Origin: Camelus ferus
Taxonomy: Eukaryota
NCBI RefSeq assembly: GCF_009834535.1
Contig: NC_045696.1
Coordinates: 7,628,001 to 7,692,000, forward strand
DNA length: 64,000 bases
Direction of reading: 5' to 3'
Shown here: positions 1-12,264 of the stretch, in pieces
Position numbering within the stretch: position 1 is the stretch's first letter
Layout: each line of letters opens with the position of its first letter
The notes under the pieces: generated by a model
What the model was told of the DNA's origin: nothing
The model's input: only the letters and a program-made list of their open reading frames with translations
Database searches by the model: none
Translations under genes and position numbers: made by a program

Positions 1-3000
1 AGGACTCCCCCCCACCCCCACCATGTGTATTCAGTTTTACTTGATGGCTTAAAGTTGCATTTGGTTATAGTGAATATAAATATTTAGGAGAATTAGAGGT
101 GGTATATGGTTATATTTCTTAAGAGGTTCCAGGTCTCATTTTATATCTTTTCAGAGTCTCTTTTCTGAGTAACTTTCTTGGTTCTGATTAAGTCCCAGAA
201 GATTATATGAAAGAGATATAAAGAAAAAAAAAAAAGCAAAGCTTGTGTAACCTTGCTTAGATCAGTTTTAATTTATTTTGCATATTTATGCATCTCTAAG
301 TATTGCTTTCAAAAGCAAAGTTTAGTAGATGAATGATGTGTAGATGGCTAGTTGGATAATTCACCCCAGAGGAGACTCCCTGCTTTATTCCCTTTGTGGA
401 AGTTCCACTTGGTGCTAGCTGCTCCTTTATTGTTTCATCTTGATTTTCATTGACTTTGAATGGGGGGTTCATGTTGCCTACAGCCACTGAATAACTGTTC
501 CACTCTCTGCTTGAGTTAATGAGAACTGAAGTTAGTTAAAAAATGTTTGTTATCCGGATTGTTTTACTGCTCTATTTTTGTGATTTAACCTATTCACTGA
601 TGTATCTTTAGCCTGTGTGCGGCCCTTGTGACATCCAACTGTTCTGGGGAATGTGATGAAGGAAAGTCAGATCTGTTCACTTTATGCTTTAAGGGCACTG
701 ACTAAAGTTTAAAGAGCAGAGTTGGTTCTAACTAATGGCCAGATTTGAGGTTTGGGGGTATCTTGGTCAATACAGGCTACTAAAACAATAGCATAGACTG
801 GGTAGTTATATTATAAACAACGAACATTTATTTCTCACACTTGTGGAGGCTGGAAGTCTGAGATCAGAGTGCCAGCAAGGTTGTTCTGGTGAGGGTCCTC
901 TCCTGGGTTGCAGACACACATCTCTGGGCTGTGTCCTCACTTGGCGGAGAGGGTGAGGGAGCTCTCTGGGATTGCTTTTATAAAGGTACTAATCCCATTC
1001 ATGAGGGCTCCACCCTCATGATCTACCTAATCACCCCCAAGGGCCCCATCTCCAGATACCACCTTGGGCTTCAGGATTTCAACATATGAATCTGGGGTGG
1101 GGGGACAAATATTCCATCTGTAATAGGGAGTTACCTTTGTAATTTATTCATTTTGTCTTCTTCCTTCAGTAGAGTGTATATTAAAAGATTAACAATGAAC
1201 AGGGAATATCCCACTTAAATTTTATCTTGGTTCTTTGTGCAAAGATGGGACGTTAGTGCTGTTTCTCCTGGTGGCTCACTTCAGCTTGACCTCCAATGAC
1301 TTTTCTGGTGCTTGTTCATGCAGGATCGCCCTCTGTTTTGCACCCCTCCTGTGGCACTGTGTCCCACTCCCTGCACTGGCCTGTCCTGTTTTGTCCTGGG
1401 GCATTCCTCTCTGTCCTCCCCAGTGGGTCATGAGCTTCTAGGCCAGGATCCTCGGTTATTTCTCTTTATGTTTCCATTGGTGCATCATGTGTAGTCAGTC
1501 AGTCACGTTGCCGCTTCACACACACCCTCAGCTTCCTCTGTGCCTGCCCCACATAGTGTGCAGCTGAGCGTGACTGCGTAAAAACATGGAGTCGCACCTT
1601 TGAATTCAGAATCACTAACCCTAGGTGACCCCTGAATGCTCCGTGTTGCTCGTATGATTTACCCTGCTTCCTTCATTTTCTCACCCTCCCTTCCCAAACC
1701 GCCAGCACCTCCTTCCTCTTTTTCACTCTTAGCTTATGCTCTTTATTTACCGAGAAAATAGAGGAAATCAGAAGATGTCGCCAGCACTGGGACTCCCACC
1801 TCCGGGTGGTCTTGGAAAGGGCGGCAGTGGTGTAGTTCAGTTCCCAGGGCTGTCCTGCATGTCTGTGTGGCCAGCAAGGAGTGAGGGAGGGCCACGATCC
1901 AGTGGGCAAGCAGGGCTGGTGTTACCAGGGTGGGTGGGAGTCCTACCCATCCTACGGGGTGAGCAGCTCTGCTTTTAAGGCTGACCTCTCTGCCTGAGCT
2001 AGTATTAGCATCTACCCCTTACTTGTTTGCGTGTTTCCTTTTCTCCATAGGGACATTCACATCATCACAAAAAAATCATGCTGTTACTTCTCTCGTTTAA
2101 CAACCAAACAGAACCTGTGTTGACCTTGTTCCTCCCTGTAGCCACTGCCCTATTCTTTGTTTTCCCATTAGAGGAAACTCCTGGCCAGAGTTTTGTCCTC
2201 AGGTCCTGTGGTTACTCTCCCTCCACCTTTCCATTAGGCTTTGCCTCCACCAGACGGGCTCTGCTGCACTGAGTCCAGCGGCTACTTCTCAGTCCTCTTC
2301 TTACTGCCGTGTTGTCCTCTTCCTGCTTTCTTGCTGCCTGCAGAATTGTATTCCCAGGATACTCCCCCACCTTACACACACGAAGATTGCTGTGCTGTAG
2401 CCTGTCTCACCCTCTGGATTTCTTCTGATCACTTCCTTCTGAAGCCATTTAACTTGTTCTTCTATCCTCTGTATTTTCTGCAAGGTGGAAGTGAGTTTTA
2501 AAAGTTCATTAATTGAATTTAAGTGAAATTTCATCTTTGAAGCTGCTTCTCATAAGCACATAGAGCTTTGGGACAGACCCCTGATGTTAACAGAAGGACT
2601 CATCTCTTTGGAAGTGCCTGGCATTTGCATGAAGATGGCCCAGGAACCCAATTCAGCATTTATTGGAACTGACAGATTTTAATATGTTTTGCATTGGTCT
2701 CTCGGGATGATGCGTCCCCCCACCCCCCCAGCCCCTGATGCCCCACCCCTGGGGGATGCCCCGGTGCTCCAGGGTCCAAGAGGAAGTTGCAGCCTCTTGG
2801 GAGGCTATACTGGGTTAGGCCTGTACCGGGTGAGGTAATATCTCCTGTAGTTCTGCCTTCCCCTCCCTGAGCCTCCATTTGGGGCAAAGAGAAAGCATCT
2901 TTAGGTACCCCATTGCTTTCCCTGTGTGAAAGTTCATTTCTCACCTGCTGGTGACCCATCAGTGGCTGGTGGCGGTCAACTTGTCTTTGAGGGGAGGTGG

Positions 3001-3462
3001 ATGTTGTACAGAGGCTGAGAGCAGATGCTCTAATATCTTGGTGCTTTGTCTTCTGTGACTTTTCACCTAGCTTTTCGTTTCCCCAGGTGAGATAGTGAAT
3101 TTCCTTGAGGGGTGGAAGTATAAATGTGTGTGTTTTCTGTAAAATGCACAGAAGGCTAGAGAATCACTAGTGGGCTGTAGGTGTGGAGAGGACTTTTAAG
3201 AATTTGGGATATAGTATAGAATAGAAATGCACTTCTTTCCTTGGATCTTGTTTCTGAAGTTTGTTTTTGTAATATAAGTGTACTTAGTGTACTTACTGTC
3301 TGTTGCGTAATACCTTGAGTGTTCAGAATATGTTAACCTGTCTTTTACTGGGCATGAATTAGGAAGTACTTATATTACCAAAATGGCATGTTTAAGGAGA
3401 AGCTACCATCATCTAACGTAATGCCAAATTATGACCTTTCCACTTCTTTCTTTATGACACAG
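1..3462 (+). other. HLCS: 3' part of the HLCS intron upstream of the exon
   Basis: Ends at a canonical polypyrimidine+CAG acceptor; no HLCS-like coding sequence seen upstream within the window. Confidence 0.85.
758..1125 (-). mobile_element. MaLR solo LTR, MLT1A-like
   Basis: Typical motifs atttatttctcacac..ggaggctggaagtctgagatc, aatcccattcatgagggctccaccctcatg, tttcaacatatgaatctgggg. Confidence 0.85.
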
Positions 3463-3734
3463 GAAATCCGGGTTCCTCTTATGCAGTGGCTGGGGAAACA
3501 TGTGGATCCTGAAGGAGTAATAAAATCTAGCAAGCTCTCCCTTAAGTTTGTTTCATCCTACACATCTGAAATAGAAGTCACCCCATCTGCCATACCTGTG
3601 GTGACGGACATGGAGGCCTTCTCATCAGAAAACTTTGACTTCGAGATCTACCGACAAAATTTGCAGACAAAGAAACTTGGGAAAACAGTTCTGTTTGCCG
3701 AAGTGACACCTACCACGATGAGTCTTCTGGATGG
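3463..3734 (+). CDS. HLCS: Internal coding exon (272 nt, starts phase 0, ends 2 nt into a Gly codon) of holocarboxylase synthetase / biotin--protein ligase
   Basis: Translates to [91 protein letters not shown]. This closely matches the human HLCS segment I recall ([22 protein letters not shown]...[29 protein letters not shown]), leading into the BPL catalytic domain. Acceptor cttctttctttatgacacAG at 3461-3462; donor GG|GTGAGT at 3735-3740. Confidence 0.96.
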
Positions 3735-6382
3735 GTGAGTTCTGGCCAGACTGGCTTCCGTACCTGCTTGGAGGAGTCCGTTTATGTTGATCATTCTCTA
3801 ACCAGTGCTGGGTGAGAGGGACAGAGATGCAGAACAGTAACTCTTAATAATCCCATTAGCAAGGTGGGACTAGCCCTGTCCTAGAAGAGTTAAAATGTAG
3901 GAAGAGAGGTTAAATAAAGTTCTTCCACCAAAGATTTGTGTTTTAAAGAATGGGGTATTTTTGTGCCTTGTGACTCTCTTGCTTTAGTTGGACCTTTCAG
4001 AATGTCCTTGGGAAAAAGAACATTATGAAAAAACATGTTTAACAGGTGGCACTGTTGTTCCTGTTACCGTTTTACTTTTGTGTTTGTGTTGGTATAACCA
4101 GTGTTAAGATGTTATAACCAGTTTAAGATGTTTCGCAGGACTATTAGGATAGTAAATTTGAACGACATGTGAGCTGTGTTAAATTGAAATAAATTGGAGC
4201 TTTGTACTTTGAAAACCTGTTTTGGTATGTTCCTATCCAATGCATTTTTAAAGCACTCTGTAATCCCATTTGGATGTTTGAAATTTACTGTTATTGCAAG
4301 TTTTCCCTTTTATTCCTTCTGTTTCATGGACTTTGAGTAAAGGTTAAAAAATGGAAAACAGATGAATGGAATTTTTAAACTCCAAATTAGTCAGTATTCG
4401 TTAATACTCATATTGAGATAGTTTAAAAAGTAGGATTATGGAGGGAGTGAATAAGAAAAGCATCTTCACTCAATATGGGACTAAAATGTAAGGAATGTAA
4501 GCCTCCAGAAACCCCCCCTGGATTCACAGTTTCTGGGCACTTTCGCCCATGGGACTGCATAATTAGCCAGATACACAATGCAGCATATGGAACGTATAGA
4601 AATATTTTGGCCTTTCTTCTTAATAATTTCTGGAATTTGCTAGTGTGTTGATATAAAATGTTGAGATAATTTTAGGACTTCATTACTCTCATACTCAAAA
4701 TTATGGAAACGGCAGTTTTTGTATATGAATAGGATGCAGACAAAGCATTAGTATACGGGGACTAGCAAGGGTGGGGCACGGAGTATGAAGGGGAGTATGA
4801 GCTGTGGTGATGGACGGTTCCTCTTTACTGAGTTTTTTCGTGTTGTCATTGGTACTTTTTTTCCCCCAGTGTTCCCACCCTCTCCTGCCAATCCCTTACT
4901 CCCCTGTAGGTAAGGAAAAAGCCTGTGTTTATAGATGGAGCAGTTACTACTTGCTTGTATAAACTCTGTGATAATCTTTTGTTACTCCAGTGACCACTGT
5001 ATTATACTGAAAGGATGACCCATTATAATCATACTTTCCAAATAAAAAAATCAGACACAATATTTAACAGAAGATTTTGGGAGGTGAAATTCCAGTAGAA
5101 AACCACTAGCACTTCCAGACCGTTTTTGTAGACAACAGTGAAGAATATTTTGTGTCGGGGCAATCTTGAAACACTGAAAGATTGCTGAGTCTGGGCAGTG
5201 GGCAGTGTGTTACCAAAAGGGCCTGCTAGGGAGGTGGACCGAGGCTCCTGTGCAATCTAATGGTTGAGTTTCCTTCTACTCTGGTGAGCCTGTGCTTTAG
5301 GATGGAAAAAAATGCTGTGTAAAGTCACTGCTTTATTACCCTTGAATATTGGTAAGTTCGTTAGTGATACTGATCTTTTTTTTGAAAAATAAAAATCCCG
5401 TCTTAAGTATCTTGTAGCTGAGCTTGACAGGAGTGACGTCAGAACCTTCTGTACGTGAAAAGGTTTTATTTTTACAGAAGAGAAAAACATTTCAGCTTTT
5501 TCAGGAGCGTTTATGAACCTTCTTTTCTTGTCTGGTCTCTGCAGAGCACAGAGGGTGAAATGGCTTTGATGATTAACGATTAATCTCTCTGCTTGGCACA
5601 GAGCAGATACTGAATAAGCAGTCACTGCTCATCATGACTTATAGTAGGTGTGTGTCCTCTTCCGCTGCACACGTGGGTTCCTTCCTCACACTGAGAGGGA
5701 GAGTTACTGCAGCCTACTGAGTCAGTGAGCCCGGTGCGAAGTTCCTGGAGGGGCTGTAGCCTTTTTTAAGAGAAGTAGCTTGAAGAGGTCACCTTGGTAT
5801 CAAAAGCACCCAAGATTGTCCACAAAGGGATCATGAGATAGATAAATGAAACATACAGATGATTACTTTCTAGGAAGAAGACCAAACACATTTCTCCGGC
5901 TAACATTATATTTGATCCGACAAGAACTATTCTTATGGACACTCAGTCTGTTGTTGTAATAACAATAATAATAGCTAATGTGGATTGAAAGCTTTTGTCT
6001 TCCAGACACTGCTTTTATGTACTTTTATATGTATCGACTAGCTTCATACAGCACACCAGTGTGTAGAATGCTAGGTAACAGAATTTACTGTACGTGGAGT
6101 TGTTCCTATTTCTGACAAACACTGACATTTTGAGTTTTCAGAGCTTTTCCCTGTAATGATACAGCTTCTGACAGACAGACACATGGTCTACCTTCCAAGC
6201 TACCAAAGGCCAGCCCTTGACTTAATGCTTTGCGGCTGCATGACTGTACATTAGAGGTGAACCTGTGGGACCTGTGTCCTTGCCAACTGCCCCCACCCAG
6301 ATCCTCCTGCATTTTTAGGTCCGTTTCTTGTGGTGTGTACAAGGTCTTAGCCCTACACCCCCCTCCATTCAGGTACCAGTTT

Positions 6383-6848
6383 CTAGGTCAGTCGGGATTA
6401 GGTTCAGCTGTGTGAGACAAGGATTCCCAAATTAAAGTGGCTTAAACAGGCTTGAAGTTTATTTCCTGTAAATAAGATGGACAGACTAGGGCCAGTGTGT
6501 GGCTCACAGTGTTAAGGACCCAGTTGAGTTCTGTCACCCTCAGCAGGTGGTCCAAAAGATGAATCAAGCATTTATATTCTCTCTCATTTTAGCCAGTAAG
6601 CAGGAAGGAGAGGTAAAGAGGGCTGTGCCCCCATTCTTCACGGACTTTTTCAGAGGTTGCTCATGACATTTTTGTTTTTATCCTAGGGCTAGAACCTAGT
6701 CACATGACCATATCTATCTGCAAAGAAGGCTAGGAAATGAATGTGGTCTTTTTACTTGGCACCCATGAATCTAGCTGAAAATCAGGGCTCTGTTAGTAAG
6801 GAGGAGAGGAGGCTAGGCATTAGAGGACAGATGGAAGTCTTTGTCACA
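6383..6848 (-). mobile_element. Old MaLR LTR, MLT1J/K-like
   Basis: ggattaggttcagctg...agtggcttaaac...gctagaacctagtcacatgacc...ctgcaaagaaggctaggaaatg...ctctgttagtaaggaggagagg. Confidence 0.7.
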
Positions 6849-8197
6849 GGCATGTACTTTCTGTTTGTCAGACTACTAAACAAAATAGCTGGAGGCCATT
6901 AAGTAGAATATACAATATGATAGCTTCAGTGCTTACAAGATTTAAAATCGTAGGTGGAAATAATTACTTGACAGGTAATGCTGGTTTTATTTCACTGCTT
7001 ACTCAAAGTCATTAGAGGTCTTTTTCTATGTTATTATAAATCTAGGAGGATTTGGAAAGTTCTCTTTCGACAGATTATTGGAGGACATCATTTTTTTCTT
7101 TAACCACAAACCCAGCTTAAACTACTGTGGCATAAGGTGGATATTGAAAGCTTTCATTTGATCTCTGGGTAGGAGAGCCGGCTGGTCTTGAAGCCATGAA
7201 CCACCACTGCCTTCACCTCCTGCCCCACCCTGTGGATTTTAAAGCTGTGTCAGTGGTTCAGGAGAGGAGAGAGAAAGAACTCTGGGGGGAGGAGCAGCAG
7301 AGGGAAATAAGGTAGTTGCTTGCTGGTAACTCTAGGGCCTGTGGACCCCCCTCCAAAAATAAAAAAGCAAAGACCACGCGAGTGAGTGACACTTCCCCGG
7401 AAGTCTGACTGGGCTGTGCCACCCAGCCAAGTTTGGTCAGAAGAGGTAATTTCACCCTGGATCGCCCACTCCAGTCATTTTCTCTGACAGATATTTCCAA
7501 CCATGAAATGCGTTTTCTACTCTGTTGTCAGGGTAACACCTTTTGGATGAAATGCTGATTTTGGTTGACTTAGTCTTTCTTTTTTTTCCCCTCCATGCTA
7601 TTTCCTGGTAGGTTTTCCTGTAACCAGCTAGCTCAGCTGGTTGGATAGAGTCCCAGGGTTTAGTACTGGATCTGGACCAGTGACCCTTACTGTATGCCAT
7701 GGTCCTGTCCTACAGCTACAGACCTAGGAAACCATTTGCAAATGTGAGCTGGTGGTGGTGGTGGGGTCTAGACAAGGGGGTGTGGATGGGCCACTGCTCA
7801 TCTCTCGTCCCTGCTGGACAAGCACTTCAAGGTGCTCACTCTGCCCTGGCTTGGTCAGGAGCACTAAACATTTTGTTGAATCTCCCAGTAAGTGATGATT
7901 GACCCTCAGCTGTGGGGAAAGCATGATTCGGAAAGCTAGACCCTGGAGCACAGAGTCTGGCTAACTGAGTCATTGTGATAGTTTTGGAATCATCTTTTAT
8001 TTAACTGATGGTATCTTTTTTGATGACTTGTACCAAGCAGCTGTCAGATACTGACTTATGTGTGAAGCTACAGTGTGTGGTAAGCCGGATGAACACAAAT
8101 TTTATTTACATTGATTTCTTTACATACTTGAATAAACAAGCCATGGATGGGCTGGTTGTCATTTGTAAAGAATAATTTAGATTTCTTTATTAAATAA

Positions 8198-8224
8198 ATT
8201 TTTTTTTTTTTTTTTTTTTTTTTT
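8198..8224. repeat. Poly(T) tract (~26 nt)
   Basis: Directly visible homopolymer. Confidence 0.9.
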
Positions 8225-8304
8225 ACCATTTCAGACTTACCATTTAAGCTTACTATATAAGTCTCTTGATTTTTCAGGCTTCAGTTTCCTTTCATCATAC
8301 ATGG

Positions 8305-8380
8305 AATGTGCATTTATGGAGTGCCTGCTGTATGCCAGGCACTGTATCAGGCACTGGAGGGAGAATGAAATGAAGGGGAG
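8305..8380 (-). mobile_element. L2 3'-end fragment
   Basis: catttatggagtgcctgctgtatgccaggcactgtatcaggcactgg resembles the reverse-complement L2 3' terminus. Confidence 0.6.
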
Positions 8381-10464
8381 GGCACCTACGTTGCCTCACA
8401 GCGCATCAGAAGAAGCAGATCTCAGTGCACATTTCAGTCCAGTGCAGTTCTGTGTACCCTTCTTGGTCTGAGCCCGGGAGTTTGGGCAGAAAGAGAGAAG
8501 TGGGCGCAGCAGGGAGAGCAGTAGACTAGTCAGTGAAGTTTTTGGAGCAGTTACTGTGTCAGGCGTTGCTCCTGATGCCATGAAGCTTACAGTCTGGTAG
8601 GGAAGTGCTAGAACTGAAGACTTATCACCAACTCGCTCTGTAACCTTGGCAGTGTCACCCTCCCGGGCCTTGCTCTCCTCAGCTATGAGATTTGGGCAGA
8701 AGACACTCCCCAGTCACCTTCAACTCAGCTCCTTTGAGTGATCCTGGGGTCAGAATCCTACACGGAGCTAGTCTTTCTAGCTCTCAGTAACCTCTAATGC
8801 CTGCAGAGGGCTGAAATGGTTTTGTAAATTAGTTTCATGTTAGTTGAGGAAACTTTGTATGGGAGACAGTTGACTTTCTACAAGCAAAGGAAAGAAAGGA
8901 AAAAATAATCCCATAAAGTCATTAAAAAGTGTTTGGGGAAATTGCACAGGGGAAAATAGCCAGCATCATTTAAGAAAGTTAGTATTTTTGTTTCACATTT
9001 TGGAACCAGTTCCAGCTCCTCACCTCTATGCGTACATGTCTAGTCAGCCCTAGACATCTCTTAACTCCTTTCCCCCTTCTGATTCTGCTCCCCTAACTCG
9101 CTCTACTGCGCACCCTCCTCCCCTGAAGCTGAGGCCTGAGAGGACAGAAATTGGGCTGGAACTAATTTAATGGCTGAGTGACCTCACAGTAGAGAAACAG
9201 CCGGATCCTAATAGGGGTCTTTGTCTACATTTCCACCCTGGCTGGTAGCATGCCAGTCAGGAGTCAAGCTAGAGACACAGGTGGAAGCGATTCAGACCTG
9301 TCATAAAGTTTGACAAATTGATTCTGGAGGCGAAGTGAATAGATTAAACTTGACAGTGTTGTCCTAAAGATTCTAGGGGAAAATTCTGTAGTTTAATTTG
9401 AAATCCCTTGATTATTCATTAGCTTTCCAGATGGCTTTTGTTGATGTTTTACATATTAATGCCTGTATTGTGTTATTGGTGTGCTCTTAATGTGCACATA
9501 GGTAATGAGCAAAGAATAAATACGTTGATAAGAGTCCCAAATTAATGGGATGTTAGCCTAATTGTGAAATAAAGGGTTTTTAAGAAGTTGATTGCTTTGG
9601 AATAATTAGCGTGAGCTTTTTTTATGGGCCAGTTTGGTACTTTTAAAGTGAAAATTATTGGAGAATTTTAAAGAAATCTTCATTTTAATGTTTACTTCTA
9701 AATTAAGGTTTAGAATATAACTCCGGCCTTTGACTCTGGTGGTCATGACCAAAGAGTTATTCTGGCAAGTTCTCCATTAAAAGCTTGTTTTTGGGTCTCA
9801 ATTCAACACCTGAATAAGTTAACCTTTCATATGCCAAGCTCCTGGAATTGAATTATAAAATGGCCTATTACTTTCCAGAAAAGCCTCCACATTAATTTTT
9901 AGTGTTCTAGGATGTTTATTTTTACATTTTATAACTGGCTTTTTTGAAGTAGAATAAACTTATTATGATTGCTATTCTGTGATGGTTACAACGTGTTCTA
10001 TTTAGATAGCATTTTCATTAGAATCGAACCTTCTTTCTCTCTCTGTCAATGTTGAACAACGTTTAACAACCTGAAAGATCCTAACTTCTACTGTACAGAA
10101 GAGTGAGACTGAATGTGACCATCATGCTGAGGCCAGGAGAGTGATGGAACACCTCAGGGGCTGGTAGAACAAACTGACCGGCCATTATGGTGGTTCCGCG
10201 GTGCTGGAAACACAGTGGAAGCCCTTTCTTTGGAGCCCTCTTCCAAATTCACAGTACAGTCGTTTGCATGTTCTCAATGGTGGCAGTCTTAATCTTCTGA
10301 GGGTATACCAGACTTTTAGGGAAAAAACTAGACCCTGTGGTAGAGTATCCATTGTGGGAGGTATTCACAGCAACTGCATAGTTCCCCACATTCACTCATT
10401 TTGCGTGACTGAGGATCACACATCTTGGTTTGACCAAGGGGCTTAGACCGCAGCATGGGGTATT

Positions 10465-10580
10465 GCTGCCCTGGGTTGGAATCCCAGTTCCACCTTTTAC
10501 TGTGTTAATAACGTTGGGCAAATCACTAACCTTTCAAGCTACCGTTTCCTTATCTGCAAAAGTAGCTTATAATAGTCTCA
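10465..10580 (+). mobile_element. MIR fragment
   Basis: ctgggttggaatcccagttccacc...ttgggcaaatcactaacct...gtttccttatctgcaaa MIR core. Confidence 0.7.
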
Positions 10581-10581
10581 G

Positions 10582-10773
10582 CTTTTTCCTTTCCTTCCTT
10601 TCCTTTCCTTTCCTTTCCTTTCCTTTCCTTTCCTTTCCTTTCCTTTCCTTTCCTTTCCTTTCCTTCTCTTTCCTTCTCTTTCCTTCTCTTTCCTTCTCTT
10701 TCCTTCTCTTTCTTTTCTTTTCTTTTCTTTTCTTTTCTTTTCTTTTCTTTTCCTTTCTTTTCTTTCCCTTTTT
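10582..10773. repeat. Compound pure-pyrimidine microsatellite (CTTTC)n-(CTTCTCTTTC)n-(CTTTT)n
   Basis: 192 consecutive C/T bases. Confidence 0.97.
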
Positions 10774-10776
10774 AAG

Positions 10777-10890
10777 TTCAGTCAGCCAATTTCTCTTCAG
10801 CACCAGCTGTGTGTAGGACTCTGTGCTAGGCCCTGGGACCCAGTGGGGATACAGCAGATGTGGGGCCTTCCTTCTAGGAGCCTACATTCC
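10777..10890 (-). mobile_element. L2 fragment
   Basis: cagcaccagctgtgtgtaggactctgtgctaggccctggg...ccttctaggagcctacattc. Confidence 0.55.
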
Positions 10891-12264
10891 ACTCCAGAGT
10901 AGGGTGAGGGTGTCCTGAAGGGCGTCTAAAGGCGAGCCTCTTAGTTCATAGCTCATATTTATTGAACTCTCTTTATTATTTACACTTTAGATGTGATTCT
11001 TCTTTTCTTTTTGACCTTCACATTCCATTCTTCCAACTGTGGTGCTTATGAACGTCCGTGAAACAAATCATTGTCATCTTGGCCCAAGATCGTGATGTGT
11101 GTTTTCTTGGGGTTGAGTTTTTGTTGAACATTTTGGCAGTTTTTTCTCATCATACTAGAAGCACAATGGCTCATCACTAGTTACTGTTTTGCCAAAAATG
11201 TATTGTTGGAGTCCAGCTTCTCTTGAAAGATGAGAAAACATAGTTGATTGTCCCTGTGTGTGTTTCCCTTAAAATATGTGCATCCAGTTCTCTTTTTTTA
11301 TCAAATTTTTTCTCTTTATTTAAATCTTAACACTTTATCGTTTTCATAGGTAACAAGCACCGGATCAAAAGGGCCAAATCTTCAACTGTTTGAGCATTTT
11401 TATCAGCCCCGTGGTATGCCTTGTGCATTACCCACATCTTCCTTGAGACCCTGAACCTTTTTTGTCAGTCAGAAAGCATGGGTTTGATATTGCTTCATTC
11501 TCTTGAATTTCCTTAAACATTCTAGATATTTATTACTCTGCAGAATTGCTTGATTTTATACTATACTTGATACTCATTTTGTCAAATGCCTCTGTTACAT
11601 TTGAATAAGTAAAAAGACTGCAGAAAAGTAATGCAAGGTAAAGCAAGCTTTTGGGCTAGAGAAGGCAATCAGTAAAGATGCTGACGGGGAGTTCTTTTTT
11701 TCCCCCTCAGTTCAGATTTCTCCTAGAGAGAAAGCCAAGAGTGTTAACTGTAGTTGAGAAGGAAGTTGAATCTGTTGATGGGTTGAAAGTTTTCTGCTAT
11801 AGTTATAGACTGCAGAAGAGTTATTTCTTAGCAACAGGACCATTTAAATGACTTTGGGGCACCCAAAATGAGCTTATTAGAAATCTGGCTTATGGGGCAG
11901 GGCAACAGGGAATCCTGGCAGCCGCACAGGCCTTGGAGCTTCGTTGGCTACTGACCTGGGGTGAATTTCATGACTTCTCTCTCATCTTAAAATGAGTAAG
12001 GTGTAGTGACGCCCATTTAGAAATGTGACTCCTGTCTCAGGGGGTCAAAGTGAACAGCAAAATGTAAAGCCTGTCAGACAGCCTCTGACGTGGAGCGGGT
12101 GGTCAGCAAGTGCTGGTTTAATCTCCCCTTCACCTACCAACTAATGGGCACTTTTCCCTTATGCAGACTGCTGATGGCCACTGCTTGGAAATAGTAAAAG
12201 TAAAGACTGACAGTATGTTCCAAGGTTCTAATGCAGCAAGAGATGTATGATAAGAAAACAGCAT

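Noticed and set aside
3388..3462. N-terminal 25 codons of the 116-aa ORF ([10 protein letters not shown]...MTQ) as part of a standalone gene
   Set aside because: Intronic sequence that happens to be open upstream of the acceptor. HLCS similarity starts at 3463, and the ORF's stop lies in the GTGAGT donor.
4093..4131. 20-bp tandem duplication tataaccagt(g)ttaagatgt
   Set aside because: Ordinary slippage duplication; two units, no spacers.
10430..10816. 128-aa F/L/S-rich ORF and 78-aa K/R/E-rich antisense ORF
   Set aside because: Translations of the pyrimidine microsatellite.
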